Part shown: positions 36,855-48,959 of the stretch, one piece after another | How positions within the stretch are numbered: position 1 is the stretch's first letter | Layout of the letters: every line of letters begins with the position of its first letter | Assembly: GCF_018350175.1 (NCBI RefSeq) | Contig: NC_058368.1 | Coordinates: 11,532,001 to 11,596,000 of the forward strand | Length of the DNA stretch: 64,000 bases | From: Felis catus | Lineage: Eukaryota | Reading direction: 5' to 3' | Translations under genes and position numbers: made by a program | Notes under the pieces: generated by a model | What the model was told of the DNA's origin: nothing | Database searches by the model: none | What the model saw: the letters and a program-made list of their open reading frames with translations, nothing else

Positions 36855-37235
36855 GTAAGTCCTTCTATTTAATTGAACTACTGTTTTTAACTGACAGCAT
36901 TAAAGTATTATTACTTCTTTCTTAAAAAGAAAATACACTGCTTTTCCTTCTTAATTAATGAAAATTCTCTGAGTAGAAGCTAATGTGATTTAAATGAAAA
37001 TGTTAAATCATGGTAAGATAATACCATTCAATATCCTATAGTAACACCAAAACAAAACCTATAACTCAAAACTTACAGAGATAAAAATAAGACTAAAAAT
37101 TAACAAAATGTGAAGGCCTTATTTCTAATTAGTAATTTGGGTTGCACATGTACTCAAAGTTACCTAATCAGATCATTGGAATATTGCATTTTTCTTGGTA
37201 TGTGTATATCTCTGTATAAATGTGTGGGATTGGAT

Positions 37236-37238
<3 letters not shown>

Positions 37239-37285
<47 letters not shown>
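37239..37285. repeat. (TG)23 microsatellite
   Basis: Perfect dinucleotide run. Confidence 0.98.
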
Positions 37286-37290
<5 letters not shown>

Positions 37291-37690
37291 CAGATTTTAC
37301 TCTCAGTTATTATAGGGCCACAAAATTAATTTGGAACATCTGATTTGATAAATCTTAGAATGTTAAATTGAGAATATATACTAAGATTGCATGAGTTTTA
37401 ATTGTGTAGAGCTGGTAAAAAAAAAAGGGGGGGGTAGTATTAGGATTAGAGTATGAATAGAAGGCTTTGGAGACATTGGAATCAGTCTTTACCAGAAGAA
37501 TGGGGGAAGGGTGGCACCCTCCTTCCCTTCCCCTCCCTAAAAGAGCTAGCACTCAGGATAACCCTTTAAATGCCACATTACATGTTATATGGTATATGCT
37601 ATCTCTTTGAGAACAGTTGCAAGAATAGTATAAATTATATGGCTATATTATAAAATGTTATTAATATGCTTCTGTTTTAAATTTTAACAG

Positions 37691-38809
37691 GATTGGGGAA
37701 AATGGTAGGGAATTCATGTGATAAAGTAAATAGCTGCAAAGACCCTTTTGGAAACTCAACACTAAATGTCTTAGAAGATGGAGTACGTGAAAGAGTTGCA
37801 GATGTTTCTGAAGAAGATAGTTTTCCATTATGTGTTCCTAAATGTAAAACAAGAAACCTACAAAAAATAAAAACCAGCAAGACTAGGAAAAATATTTTCA
37901 ATGAAACAACCGATGAATGTGAAGAAGCCAAAAAACAAATGAAAGAAAATAAACATTCTTTTGTATCTGAAATGGAAGCAAATGCCAGTGATCCATTAGA
38001 TTCGAATGTAACAAATCAGAAGCCCTTTGGGAATGGAAGTGATAAAATCTCCAAGGAAGTTGTACTGTCTTCAGCCTCTGAATCGTGTCACCTAACCCTC
38101 TCAGGTCTAAATGGAACCCACATGGAGAAATTACCTCTACTGTGTATTTCTTCTTGTGACCAAAATAATTCAGAAAAAGACCTCATAACCACAGAGAAAG
38201 AATGTACCAACTTTATTATTTTAGAAGATTCTTTACCACAGATTTCAGGTGTACCCAAGTGTACAGAGAAGATATTAAATGAGGAAATAGTGGTAAATAA
38301 GATAGATGAAGGGCAGTGTCTTGAATCTCATGAAGATTCCATTCTTGCGGTAAAGCAAGCAGTATTTGAAACTTCTCTAATAGCTTCTCCACTTCAGGGT
38401 ATCAGAAAGTCTATATTCAGGATAAGAGAATCACCTGAAGAGACATTCAGTGCAGTGTTCTCAAACAATATAACTGATCCAAACTTTAAAGAAGAACATG
38501 AAGCCTCTGAAAGTGTATTAGAAAAACATTCTATTTGCTCACAGAAAGAGGATTCTTTAAGTACAAGTTCACTTGATAATGGAAGCTGGCCAGCCACTAT
38601 CAAACATACTTCTGTAGCTTTGAAGAATTCAGGTTTAATATCCACTTTGAAAAAGAAAACAAAAAAGTTTATTTATGTTGTAAATGATGAAACATCTTAT
38701 CAAGGACTAAAAACACAGAAGGACCAGCAATCGGGACTGATGAACTATTCAGCCCAATTTGAAGCAAACGTTTTGGAAGGACCACTGACATTTGCAAATG
38801 CTGATTCAG
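37691..38809 (+). CDS. BRCA2: BRCA2 exon 10
   Basis: ttaacag|...CAG|gtacga, 1119 nt open frame, phase 1-1. Confidence 0.96.
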
Positions 38810-38813
38810 GTAC

Positions 38814-38815
<2 letters not shown>

Positions 38816-38864
<49 letters not shown>

Positions 38865-38889
38865 AAAGTGAGAGAGGGAGAGAGAGAGA
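38816..38889. repeat. (TG)23 followed by imperfect (GA)n microsatellite
   Basis: Begins about 6 nt into intron 10. Confidence 0.97.
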
Positions 38890-40252
38890 ATGTATAGTTT
38901 TGTGGCTGTTGACAAGTTCTCTTATTTGAATATGCGAGTCTTTCTCTAATCTTTTTTAAAATATATATTGCCTGCTTTCCTTCTGTAGTCTCTTTTTTGG
39001 TTTTCCTTCTGTAGTTTTTTGGTTTTTTTAAATCACTATACTTGTATTCAGTATCGGGCAATGTCTACATACATTATTGTTTAGGCCTTTGATTGCCAAT
39101 GTTCAAAATCATTTTATTCAGACTGGTTGGATCAGTTTGCATAGTATATACTGTATACAATCATGCCTCTTGAGACAGAGCATTTGATTCAGAATCATCA
39201 AGAACTTGACTACTTAATTCCTGCTTTAATTTTGTTATATGTAAATTTGACAGTTCTGTAAATATGTTGTCTATTTACTATAGATATTCTCTAAATCATG
39301 TAAAAAAATAGAAAAAAGCTAACTTCTAGCTAAGTTTAATGTAAGTCACTTCTAAAATAAAAGTGGTTACTGTTGTTACCTAGTTTTCTTAAATATTTAG
39401 AGATTACTTAGAGTTATTAATATCCAGTGTCAGAGTATGCACAGTGAGACTGTTTTTATTTGAGCAGTGATTCCTTTATCAGCAGCTGAATTGTATGTTA
39501 AAAAGACAATTTTATCATCCTTTGAGAAGATTTTAGTGGATAGAATAAACTGGAATGTAGAGGAACTGTTTGAGATTTGGGTTAATTTCCAAAGAAGAAT
39601 GTTTGATACTGTATATGTCAGAATTAAAATCAGCGAAACAGCTAATATATAGTAGTGGCCATTGATTAAATGAGACTAATATTTTTAACTTCCTAATACA
39701 GAATTCAGAGGGATGATTTAAAAAAAAAAAAGAAAAACTCAGAGCAGTTTAATTCATTTGCCTTTATAATTGAGATTAGGACATTTTTCAGGCCCTTCAT
39801 CTGTAGAGCCTATTTTTAAAAGCTGATTTTTTTTTTTCAGTATCAAAGACTGAATTAACTAAAGGAAGTAATTACTTTTCTAATTCTTTTCCTTTGCCTT
39901 GTTTTTTTTTTTCTCCTATTACACCCATTTAGCAATGAAACTTTTTTCCAGTTTTATTTTCCAATAAAACTAATTTGAATTTTACTTATGGTGGCTGCTT
40001 TCTTGAACTACATACTAATTTTAATTGAATTGATACATGTTAGAAAAGAATACTAAGTTCTATTTGTCTTTAGTTGAAAATATAATAACTTCAAATAGAG
40101 ACTATTTAGAATTCTTTGTTTTAAGCCTGACATTCGCTTCTTGCTTTTCATGTAATTCTTATCGTAGATACTACCTTTTTTACTTAGTGGAATATATTTA
40201 GTAAACGTGATTGATGGTACTTTAATTTTGTTTTGTCACTTTGTGTCTTTAG

Positions 40253-43200
40253 GTTTATTGCATTCTTCTGTCAAAAAAACCTGTTTGCAGAATGATTCCA
40301 AAGAACCAATTTTGTCCTTAACCAACTCTTTTGGGACACTTCTGAGAAAAGTTTCCAATAATGGAAGCAGTTCTCCTAATAATAAAATAATATCTCAGGA
40401 TCTTGATTATAAAGAAGCAAAAATTAAGAAGGAAAAACTGCAATCATTTATAAGCACAGAAACGAATTGTCTGTCATCCTTACAGGAAAAACACTGTGAA
40501 GATGATACAAAAAGCCAAAGAGTTGCAGATAGAAAAGAAGAGATCTTGCCTGCAGTAAGCCAACCTTCTGTGCCATATTCAGAAGTGGAAGATAGTGGTA
40601 TTCACTTTCAGACTCTGAAAAGCTTTTCATCTGACCCGGATAAAAGCAGCCAGTTAACTCCTCACCCCAGGGATCCTCCGTCAAACCCAGTTGGGCTTTC
40701 CAGAGGAAGAGAATCATATGAAGTGTCAGAGACACTAAAATGTAAGAATCATGAAGCTGGTTTTGAATTAACCAAAACCATGGAAAATAATCAAGAAATA
40801 CATGTTTTAAATGAACATGCCAAAAAAGCTAAGTTGTTGTCAACTGAAAAATATGTAACAGAAGCATCACCTTCTATGAAGGTACCATTCAACCAAAATG
40901 CACATCTCACAATAATCCAAAAAGACCAAAAAGAAACTACTTTAATTTCAAAAATAACTATGAATCCAAACTCTGAAGAACTTTTCCCAGATGGTGATAA
41001 TTTTGTCTTTAAAATAACTAAGGAAAGGAATGTTCCTGTTTTAGGAAGTATTAAGGAACTTCAAGATTCAGACCTCTGTTGTGTAAAAGAACCTGTTCTC
41101 GAGAACTCTACCATGGTAGTGTATACAGATATGGATGACAAACAAGCAGCCAAAGTGTCAATTACGAAAGGTTTTGATTCATCGAACATAGATGATCTTA
41201 CAGAAAAGGATAGAAATAGCATAAAGCAGCAACTCAGAATGACTTTAGACCAAGATTCAAAATCAGACATCACCTTGGATTCAGATATGAAATCAAATGG
41301 AAATAATGATTACATGGATAATTGGGCAAGACTATCAGATCCAATTTTAAATCACAATTTTGGAAATGGCTTCAGAACAGCTTCTAATAAAGAGATAAAA
41401 CTCTCTGAACACAACATTAAGAAAAGCAAAATGCTCTTCAAAGATATTGAAGAACGTTATCCTACTAACTTAGCTTGTATTGAAATTGTAAATACTCCAT
41501 TAGAAAGTCAAGAGAAACTGAGCAAACCTCATATACTTGATCCACAGTCAATTAATACTGTATCTGGGTGTGTGCAGAGTAGCGCATATGTTTCTGATAG
41601 TGAAAATCGTCACACAACTCCTCCAACTTTATCTTTAAAGCGAGATTTTGATTCAAATCATAATTTAACACCTAGCCAAAAGGCAGAAATTACAGAACTT
41701 TCTACCATTTTGGAAGAATCAGGAAGTCAGTTTGAGTTTACACAGTTTAGAAAACCAAGCCACCTGAAACAGAAAAATCCATGTGAGATGCCCGAAAAAC
41801 ACCTGACTATCTCGAATACCACTCCTGAGGAACAGAAAGATGGTCATCTCCGTCTCACAATTAATGCCCTATCTATCAGTCAGGGAGATAGCAGCAAGAA
41901 ATTTGAAGGTATAATTGGAGGTAAGCAGAAGCTTGCTTGCTTGTCAAAAACCAGCTGTAACAAAAGTGCTTCTGGCCATTTAACAGGTAAAAATGAAGTG
42001 GAGTTTAGAGGCTTTTACTCTGCTCGTGGCACAAAACTGAACGTTTGTAGTGAAGCACTGCAAAAAGCTAAGAAGCTGTTCAGTGACCTTGAGAATATTA
42101 GCGAGGAAACTTCTGTAGAAGTAGGTATAAGAAGTTTCTCTTCAAGTAAATGTAATGGTTCTGTCTCAATGTTTAAGAAAGAAAATTGTAACAATGAGAA
42201 AAAGTTAAATGAGAAAAATAATAAATACCGCCTGATACTACAAAATAATATTGAAATGACTACTGGCATTTTTGTTGCTGAAGATACTGAAGGTTACAAG
42301 AGAAACATAGAAAACAAAGCTAACAAATACACTGATGCCAGCAGAAATGTGTATAACTTCAGAGAAGCTGATGGCAGTGATTCAAGTAAAAATGATACAG
42401 TTTATATTCATAAAGAAGAAAATGGCTTGCCGTATATTGATCAGCACGACATAGATCTGAAATTATCCAGCCAGTTTATAAAGGAGGGCAACACTCAAAT
42501 TAAAGAAGGTTTGTCAGATTTAACCTGTTTGGAAGTTGTAAAAGCTGAAGAAACACTTCACGTTAACACATCAAACAAAGAACATTTAACTGCTAATACA
42601 ATGGGGCGAATTACAAAAGATTTTGACATATTTGACGTATCCTTTCAGACTGCAAGTGGGAAAAATATAAGAGTCTCTAGAGCGTCATTAAATAAAGTTA
42701 CAAATCTCCTTGATCAAAAATGTACAGAAGAAGAATTGAATAACTTTGCAGATTCCTTAAATTCTGAATTACTTTCTGGCATAGATATCAACAAAGCAGA
42801 CATTTCACATCATGAGAAAATGGAAAATACTGAAAGAAAAGACAAAATGAAAGAAAGTGACCTCACTGGTACTGAAAATAAATCACTGACCCTCCAGCAA
42901 AGACCAGAATATGAAATCAAAAAGATCAAAGAACCTACCATTTTGGGTTTTCATACAGCTAGTGGGAAAAGAATAGAAATTGCAAAGGAATCTTTGGACA
43001 AAGTGAAAAATCTTTTTGATGAGCAAGAGCAAGATAAAAGTGAGATGACTAATTTTAGCCATAGAGGGACAAAGATGTCAAAGGGCAGAGAGGAGTGTGA
43101 AGGTGGGCTGCGATTAGCATGCAAAACGATTGAAATAACACCTGCTTCAAAGGAGGAAGAAATGCAGAAGCCTCTAGAGAAGAACCTTGTTTCTAACGAG

Positions 43201-45046
43201 ATCGTGGTGGTACCCAGGCTCTTAAGTGATAATTTATACAAACAAACTGAAAATCTTAAAATACCAAATCGTGCCTCTCTGAAAGTTAAAGTACATGAAA
43301 ATACAGGAAAAGAAACAGCAAAAAAGCCTACAACTTGTACAAATCAATCCACTTATTCAGCCACTGAAAATTCAGCTTTATCATTTTACACAGGACATGG
43401 TAGAAAAATTTCTGTGAGTCAGTCTTCAATACTTGAAGTAAAAAAATGGCTTAGAGGAGGAGAATTGGATGATCAACCAGAAAAAACAGTGTATAATATA
43501 TCAGAATATCTTCCAAAAAGTAAAGTTGATAATTCTGGTATTGAACCAGTGGTGAGGAATGTGGGAGAGAGAGAGAACACCAGTGTTTCTGAAATCATGT
43601 TCACTGTAAGAGAAGCAGACACAGATCCACAAAGCGTAAACGAAGATATTTGCGTTCAGAGACTTGTGACTAATTTCTCATGCAAAAAGGAAAATACAGC
43701 CATTAAAGTGACGGTTTCTGATTCAAATAATTTTGATTCAACTCAGAAATTGAATTCTGATTCAAATGATGCTGTGCCTGTATACACTACAGCAAGTAGT
43801 GAAAGAGTCTTAGTTGCACACGAGACAAAAGTGACAGAGGGATTTACAGAAAACTGCAGTATGGCAATTAAGCAAACCACCAAGAGTAAACCAGGGAAGA
43901 TTGTGGCAGGTTATCGTAAGGCGCCGGATGATTCAGAAGATACTATTTGTCCTAATTCTCTGGATGGTGCAGAATGTAGTTCGCCTTCACATAAAGATTT
44001 TGCTGAGACTCAAAGTGAGCAAACTCCACAACTTAACCAAAGTATTTCTGGATTCAAGAAACGTTCTGAAATACCACCTCATCAGATTAATTTGAAAACT
44101 TCTGATATATGTAAACTTAGTACAGGGAAGCGTCTCCAGTCCATCTCTTATACAAATGCTTGTGGGATTTTTAGCACAGCAAGTGGAAAATGTGTACAAG
44201 TATCAGATGCTGCACTACAAAAGGCAAGACAGGTGTTTTCTAAGGTAGAAGACAGTGCCAAGCAGCCCTTTTCCAAAGTATCATTTAAACATAATGAGGA
44301 TCACTCAGACAAGTTCACAAGAGAAGAAAATACTATGATACATACCCCCCAAAATTTACTATCATCTGCTTTCTCGGGATTCAGTACAGCAAGTGGGAAA
44401 CAAGTTCCAGTTTCTGAAAGTGCCTTATGCAAAGTTAAGGGAATACTAGAAGAATTTGATGTGATGAGAACTGAGTGTGGTCCTCAGCGTTCACCTACAT
44501 CTAGACAAGATGTATCAAAAATGCCTCCTCCCTCTTGTGTAGATAACAGAACCCCACAACACTCTGTAAACTCCAAATTGGAAAAAGCCTACAATAAAGA
44601 ATTTAAATTATCAAGTAACTCTAAAATTGAAAATGGTTCTTCAGAAAATCACTCTGTGCAAGTTTCTCCATATCCCTCTCAGTTTAAGCAAGACAAACAG
44701 TTGATACAAGGAAACAAAGCATCGCTTGTTGAGAACATTCATCTTTTGGAAAAAGAACAGGCTTTACCTAAAAATATAAAAATGGAAATTGGGAAAACTG
44801 AAGCTTTTCCTAATCTTCCTCTGAAAACAGATACAGCAATTCATTCTACTGACTCCAAGGATCCAGAAAACTATTTTGAAACAGAAACAGTAGAGATTGC
44901 CAAAGCTTTTATGGAAGATGGTGAGCTGACAGATGCTGACCTGCTAAGTCACGCCAGACACTTTCTTCCTACGTGCCAACACTCTGAGGAGACGCTTGTG
45001 TCAAATTCAAGAAGAGGGAAAAGAAGAGGTGTACTTGTCTCAGTTG
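40253..45046 (+). CDS. BRCA2: BRCA2 exon 11 (BRC repeat region)
   Basis: ctttag|...|gtaagt, 4794 nt open. BRC1 ~41350-41454 (FRTASNK), BRC2 ~41992-42096 (FYSARG), BRC3 ~42622-42726 (FQTASGK), BRC4 ~42928-43032 (FHTASGK...LFDE), BRC5 ~43363-43467 (FYTGHG), degenerate BRC6 ~43768-43860, BRC7 ~44149-44253 and BRC8 ~44359-44463 (both FSTASGK). PP2A-B56 LxxIxE motif LSTILEE at 41698-41718. Confidence 0.98.
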
Positions 45047-45154
45047 GTAAGTGTCCATTTTTTCCTGTTAGGTTGCCAACCACTTAAAAATTAAGTCTTG
45101 AATAATCCTGGTATGCTAACTTACAGCAATTCAGGTAATTATAAGCTGTATTAT

Positions 45155-45234
45155 GTTTTATTTTTTTTTAATGTGGAATTTATTGTCAAATTGGTTTCCA
45201 TACAACACCCAGTGCTCATCCCACCAGGTGCCCT
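45155..45234 (-). mobile_element. About 80-bp felid L1 3' terminus
   Basis: Poly-T then 'atttattgtcaaattggtttccatacaacacccagtgctcatccc'; TSD ctgtatt. Confidence 0.8.
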
Positions 45235-46745
45235 CTGTATTTTTATAGACCTTGTGGATGGTTTAGCGTAATGTGATTTCACTTTTGCTATCTCTGAGTC
45301 TGTACCAAGAAACATGTTTTGAGGTTGTTTCGATGTATTTTTAGAGATTATTAATATAGTTATAATTGAGAAGCTACTGTTAAGTTTCTTTCCCTAGAAA
45401 ATCTGAAATTTCTATCCTTATAACAGCCTGCATAATACAACTTATTAACTGTTTCTATATAAATATGAATATGTATAGAGAGGAAGAACACAGAGGTTCC
45501 AACTCTGGCTCCTGTGAACTTAAAAAATTGGTTTCAGTTATAGGTGCTGGTTTGCCTCCTTTTTTTAATCTAGGAAGTGTTCTAAAGTCAGTCATTTTTG
45601 GCAGATAACATACTGGTCTTAATGCCATTTGGACTATATTCTAACTTCTCTTTGAAATATGTATGGAACAACTTAGTTCAACTAGGTCAAATGACAAAGA
45701 ATAATCTTAAGTCATTGAATCTGTTGATCAAATACCATCAAAGTAAATGCCAAAACTAACTCCAGCTTTTAAGTGGATGATCTTAAATATTAAATAACTA
45801 ACTCCTTTGTAAAAACTATGGACTCACAGAATTGAGTGAATTGAGTTGTCACAGGTCTTGCCCAGTCTCTTCTTACTATAGAGCAAAACACTGAAGCCAG
45901 TGTCTCCAACTTGGCACCTTCAGTTACCCTGTGGATACAGAGTTTCTGAATTGTTATCCAGGCCACATTCCATACCAAGTTTATGTTATGGGAAAAGTAG
46001 AAAGTTGATGATACTTACCTTAAACTGTTGCTGTGCTCTGGTAAAAATTATGAAGAGCAGATGCTTAAAGAGACTCACAGCTCTTTTATGGGAAATAATG
46101 GCTTTATTCATAGGAACCCATTTTGTTCATGTGTACTCCCAAGTGGGTTAACCTGCTTAGGCGAAACAACAACAAACTCAGACTTGTAATAAATGTTCTC
46201 AGCATCATCACTATTTAATGTTCCCTCACGTCTGTTATATATGAATATACAGCTTAATCAGCTTCTGGTTACTTGCTAAACAAATCACTTCATAATTTAA
46301 CACTTGATAAAGCTTTGCCTGGACATTTTCATCTCCTATTAAATTCTACAAGTTCATTCCCTTTAATAAAGCATCAAAAACCAGAGTACCCATTATCACC
46401 TATTATCTCAGTATGACACGGACATGCGTAATTTGAATTATGGTTTAATGTTACTCTCAGCCTTTGTAGAATTTTTAAATAAGTATTACTAATATTTTAA
46501 TGTGACTTTGCTAATTTTAAAGTCTTTTCTCCTACTCACTCTAATTCAAGGACCTACATAATAAATTCCTTCTCGAGTTTAATGCAGGAAAAAGTTTTAC
46601 TTGAAGAAATTCTGTTTGTTCTTATTTCCAGTAAACTTATAGTTTCATTTAGTGCTAGTTTATTCCATTAAAAAGTAGCTTATCACTGGTATCTGGTAAC
46701 ATCTTTTTATCCCTAGACCCTATTAGATAGTGGTATTTTAAATGG

Positions 46746-46758
46746 GAAAGAAAGAAAG

Positions 46759-46817
<59 letters not shown>

Positions 46818-46819
46818 AA
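46746..46819. repeat. (GAAA)n tetranucleotide microsatellite
   Basis: About 18 units with one interruption. Confidence 0.97.
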
Positions 46820-47009
46820 TTGATATTGAAAAATAAATTGTCTCTTTCAAAGTAGAATGGTCACTATTTAAATTATAAGTATTATGTATTTTTTGCTTAA
46901 TAAATTGTAAGAGTCAGGACTTTAGTTTTAAAAAAATGAACTATATAGGCTTTTGAAAAATAATATTGCTATTATTTGCTTTAAAACCATATGGAATTTT
47001 TTTTTTTAG

Positions 47010-47105
47010 GAGAACCCCCAATCAAAAGAAATTTGTTAAATGAATTTGACAGGATAATAAAAAATCAAGAAAAATCCTTAAAAGCTTCGAAAAGCACTCC
47101 AGATG
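47010..47105 (+). CDS. BRCA2: BRCA2 exon 12
   Basis: ttttag|...|gtaaaa, 96 nt, [32 protein letters not shown]. Confidence 0.97.
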
Positions 47106-47389
47106 GTAAAATTTGCTTTGTATTCATATCTTTTCCCTCTCTGTAGGTGCTACACACAATATTTTTAAGTGAACTTTTCTCAGCTTTTTTTGGGTATTTA
47201 AATAATTAGACAAGACTTTGCAGTGTGGTTTGTTAAAATTATGTCTTGCTTTGTTCTGTGAGCATTTCCTTCATAATACCAAGTATGATGTGGAGGTTCT
47301 CTATAATGACTTTTTAAATTAAAAAGCTATAAAAATTTAGTAACATCTTAGTATAATAATTTAAGGCTTAGGTTCTGGGAATCCAGGCA

Positions 47390-48170
47390 AGCTTTTGACC
47401 TTCACCATTCCACGAAAATCACTCTCTCCTAAGCCATTTGGTGATCTCCGTGGTGGCAAATCCAACAGGCATTCTGTGTGTTCATTTGACTCCATCTTTC
47501 AGCCACATTTGACAGTTGGTCACTCTTCTGAGACCACCACATGCAGTCGGTTCTCCTCCTGCATAGCCACTTCTCTGGTTCTTCCTTATTCTTTCCTTCC
47601 TCTAAACATAGGAGTGCCCCAGGGCTCTGTCCTTAGAGCTCTTCTCTGCTTAAACTTCAGTTTCAGTGACTACCGAAATTGTTATCTGCAAGCTTAGCCC
47701 ATCCTGGAACTCCAGACTTACTTGTGCATTTGCCCTTGATACTTTTCTACTTACATTGCTAATAGGCATCTCTAAGTCACCATAGGCAGTGCTAAACTCC
47801 TGATTCCATCTCTGTCCCAAACCTGCTCTTTCTGTTTATTCCTTTCTTGCTGCCATTCTGCCAATTGACACATCAAAACCTTGGTGTCGTCCTTTACTCT
47901 CTTGTTTCCTCATACTTCACATCCAGCCCATCCACAAGTCCTGTATGTTCTACCTTTCAAATATAACAAGAATCTGATCATTTCTTCTCATTCTCCCCCT
48001 ACCACCTTCATCTAAGCCACAGTCAAAGCTTGTAACTCCTTTCTGTTTCTGCCTCTGCCCCTCCTCCAGGCTGTCTCAGCATAGCAGCCAGAATCATCCT
48101 GGTAACAAGAAGGTCAGATCATGCTCCTTGATTGCTTAAAACTCTGTGTGGCTTCTTATCTCATTTAGAC
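47390..48170 (+). mobile_element. LINE-2 fragment
   Basis: 'ggagtgccccagggctctgtcct', 'gaactccagact', 'aataggcatctc' L2 motifs. Confidence 0.7.
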
Positions 48171-48795
48171 TACAATCTGAAATTCTTACCATGGAATACG
48201 TAAAAAAAAAAATAAAATGTGTAACTATTGCTCGCTATATATTTGGTTCCTGGGTTTGGAAAGGAAGAATTCAAGTAGTGAGGCATAAATGTGTTAGACT
48301 GTAGAGTCTTAGTTCTGAAACACATGCAATAAATCCCACAGCAGACCCTTAATGACTGCATAGAATCTTCTTCATTCTTTTTTATGGTTGCATAGTATTT
48401 GATCATGTGGTTGTATCAGTGTATTCTAGTTTAGTCAGCCAATCCCGTACTAATGAACGATTTGAAGGTTTGAGAAGTACAAGTTGCATACTGAGAACAA
48501 TATCTAAAGTTTGGCTTGTAAACCTTCATAAGACTAAATTTTAAATTTGATGCATGGCAGTTAACTAACACATTTGAGTTATGATTAACATCAGCGAACT
48601 AAATTTATACTGATTTTCTTGATTTGTTTATGCTGAGTTATTTGGTATATAGTCATTATCAGTTTGTGAGTCAAATATTTCAAGTCTATATATCAATTTT
48701 TATGTAAATATTTACAATTATGTGTAATAAATAGGTATAGGAAATAAAATTTCATTCAGATTTTCATTAATACATAATGTAAAATATTTTTCTAG

Positions 48796-48865
48796 GCATC
48801 ATAAAAGACAGAAGCTTGTTTATGCATCATATTTCTTTAGAGCCAGTTACCTGTGGACCCTTTAG
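48796..48865 (+). CDS. BRCA2: BRCA2 exon 13
   Basis: ttctag|...|gtaaga, 70 nt, GIIKDRSLFMHHISLEPVTCGPF. Confidence 0.97.
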
Positions 48866-48959
48866 GTAAGACATGTTCAATTTTTTTCTTTTATTGTAAT
48901 ATAGTATAGGAAAAGTATGTTTTTTTTAAATAAATATTTCTAAAGATATTCTTTTATCT

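Noticed and set aside
40207..45087. 1626-aa single ORF as an independent intronless gene
   Set aside because: It is BRCA2 exon 11 plus intronic read-through on both sides
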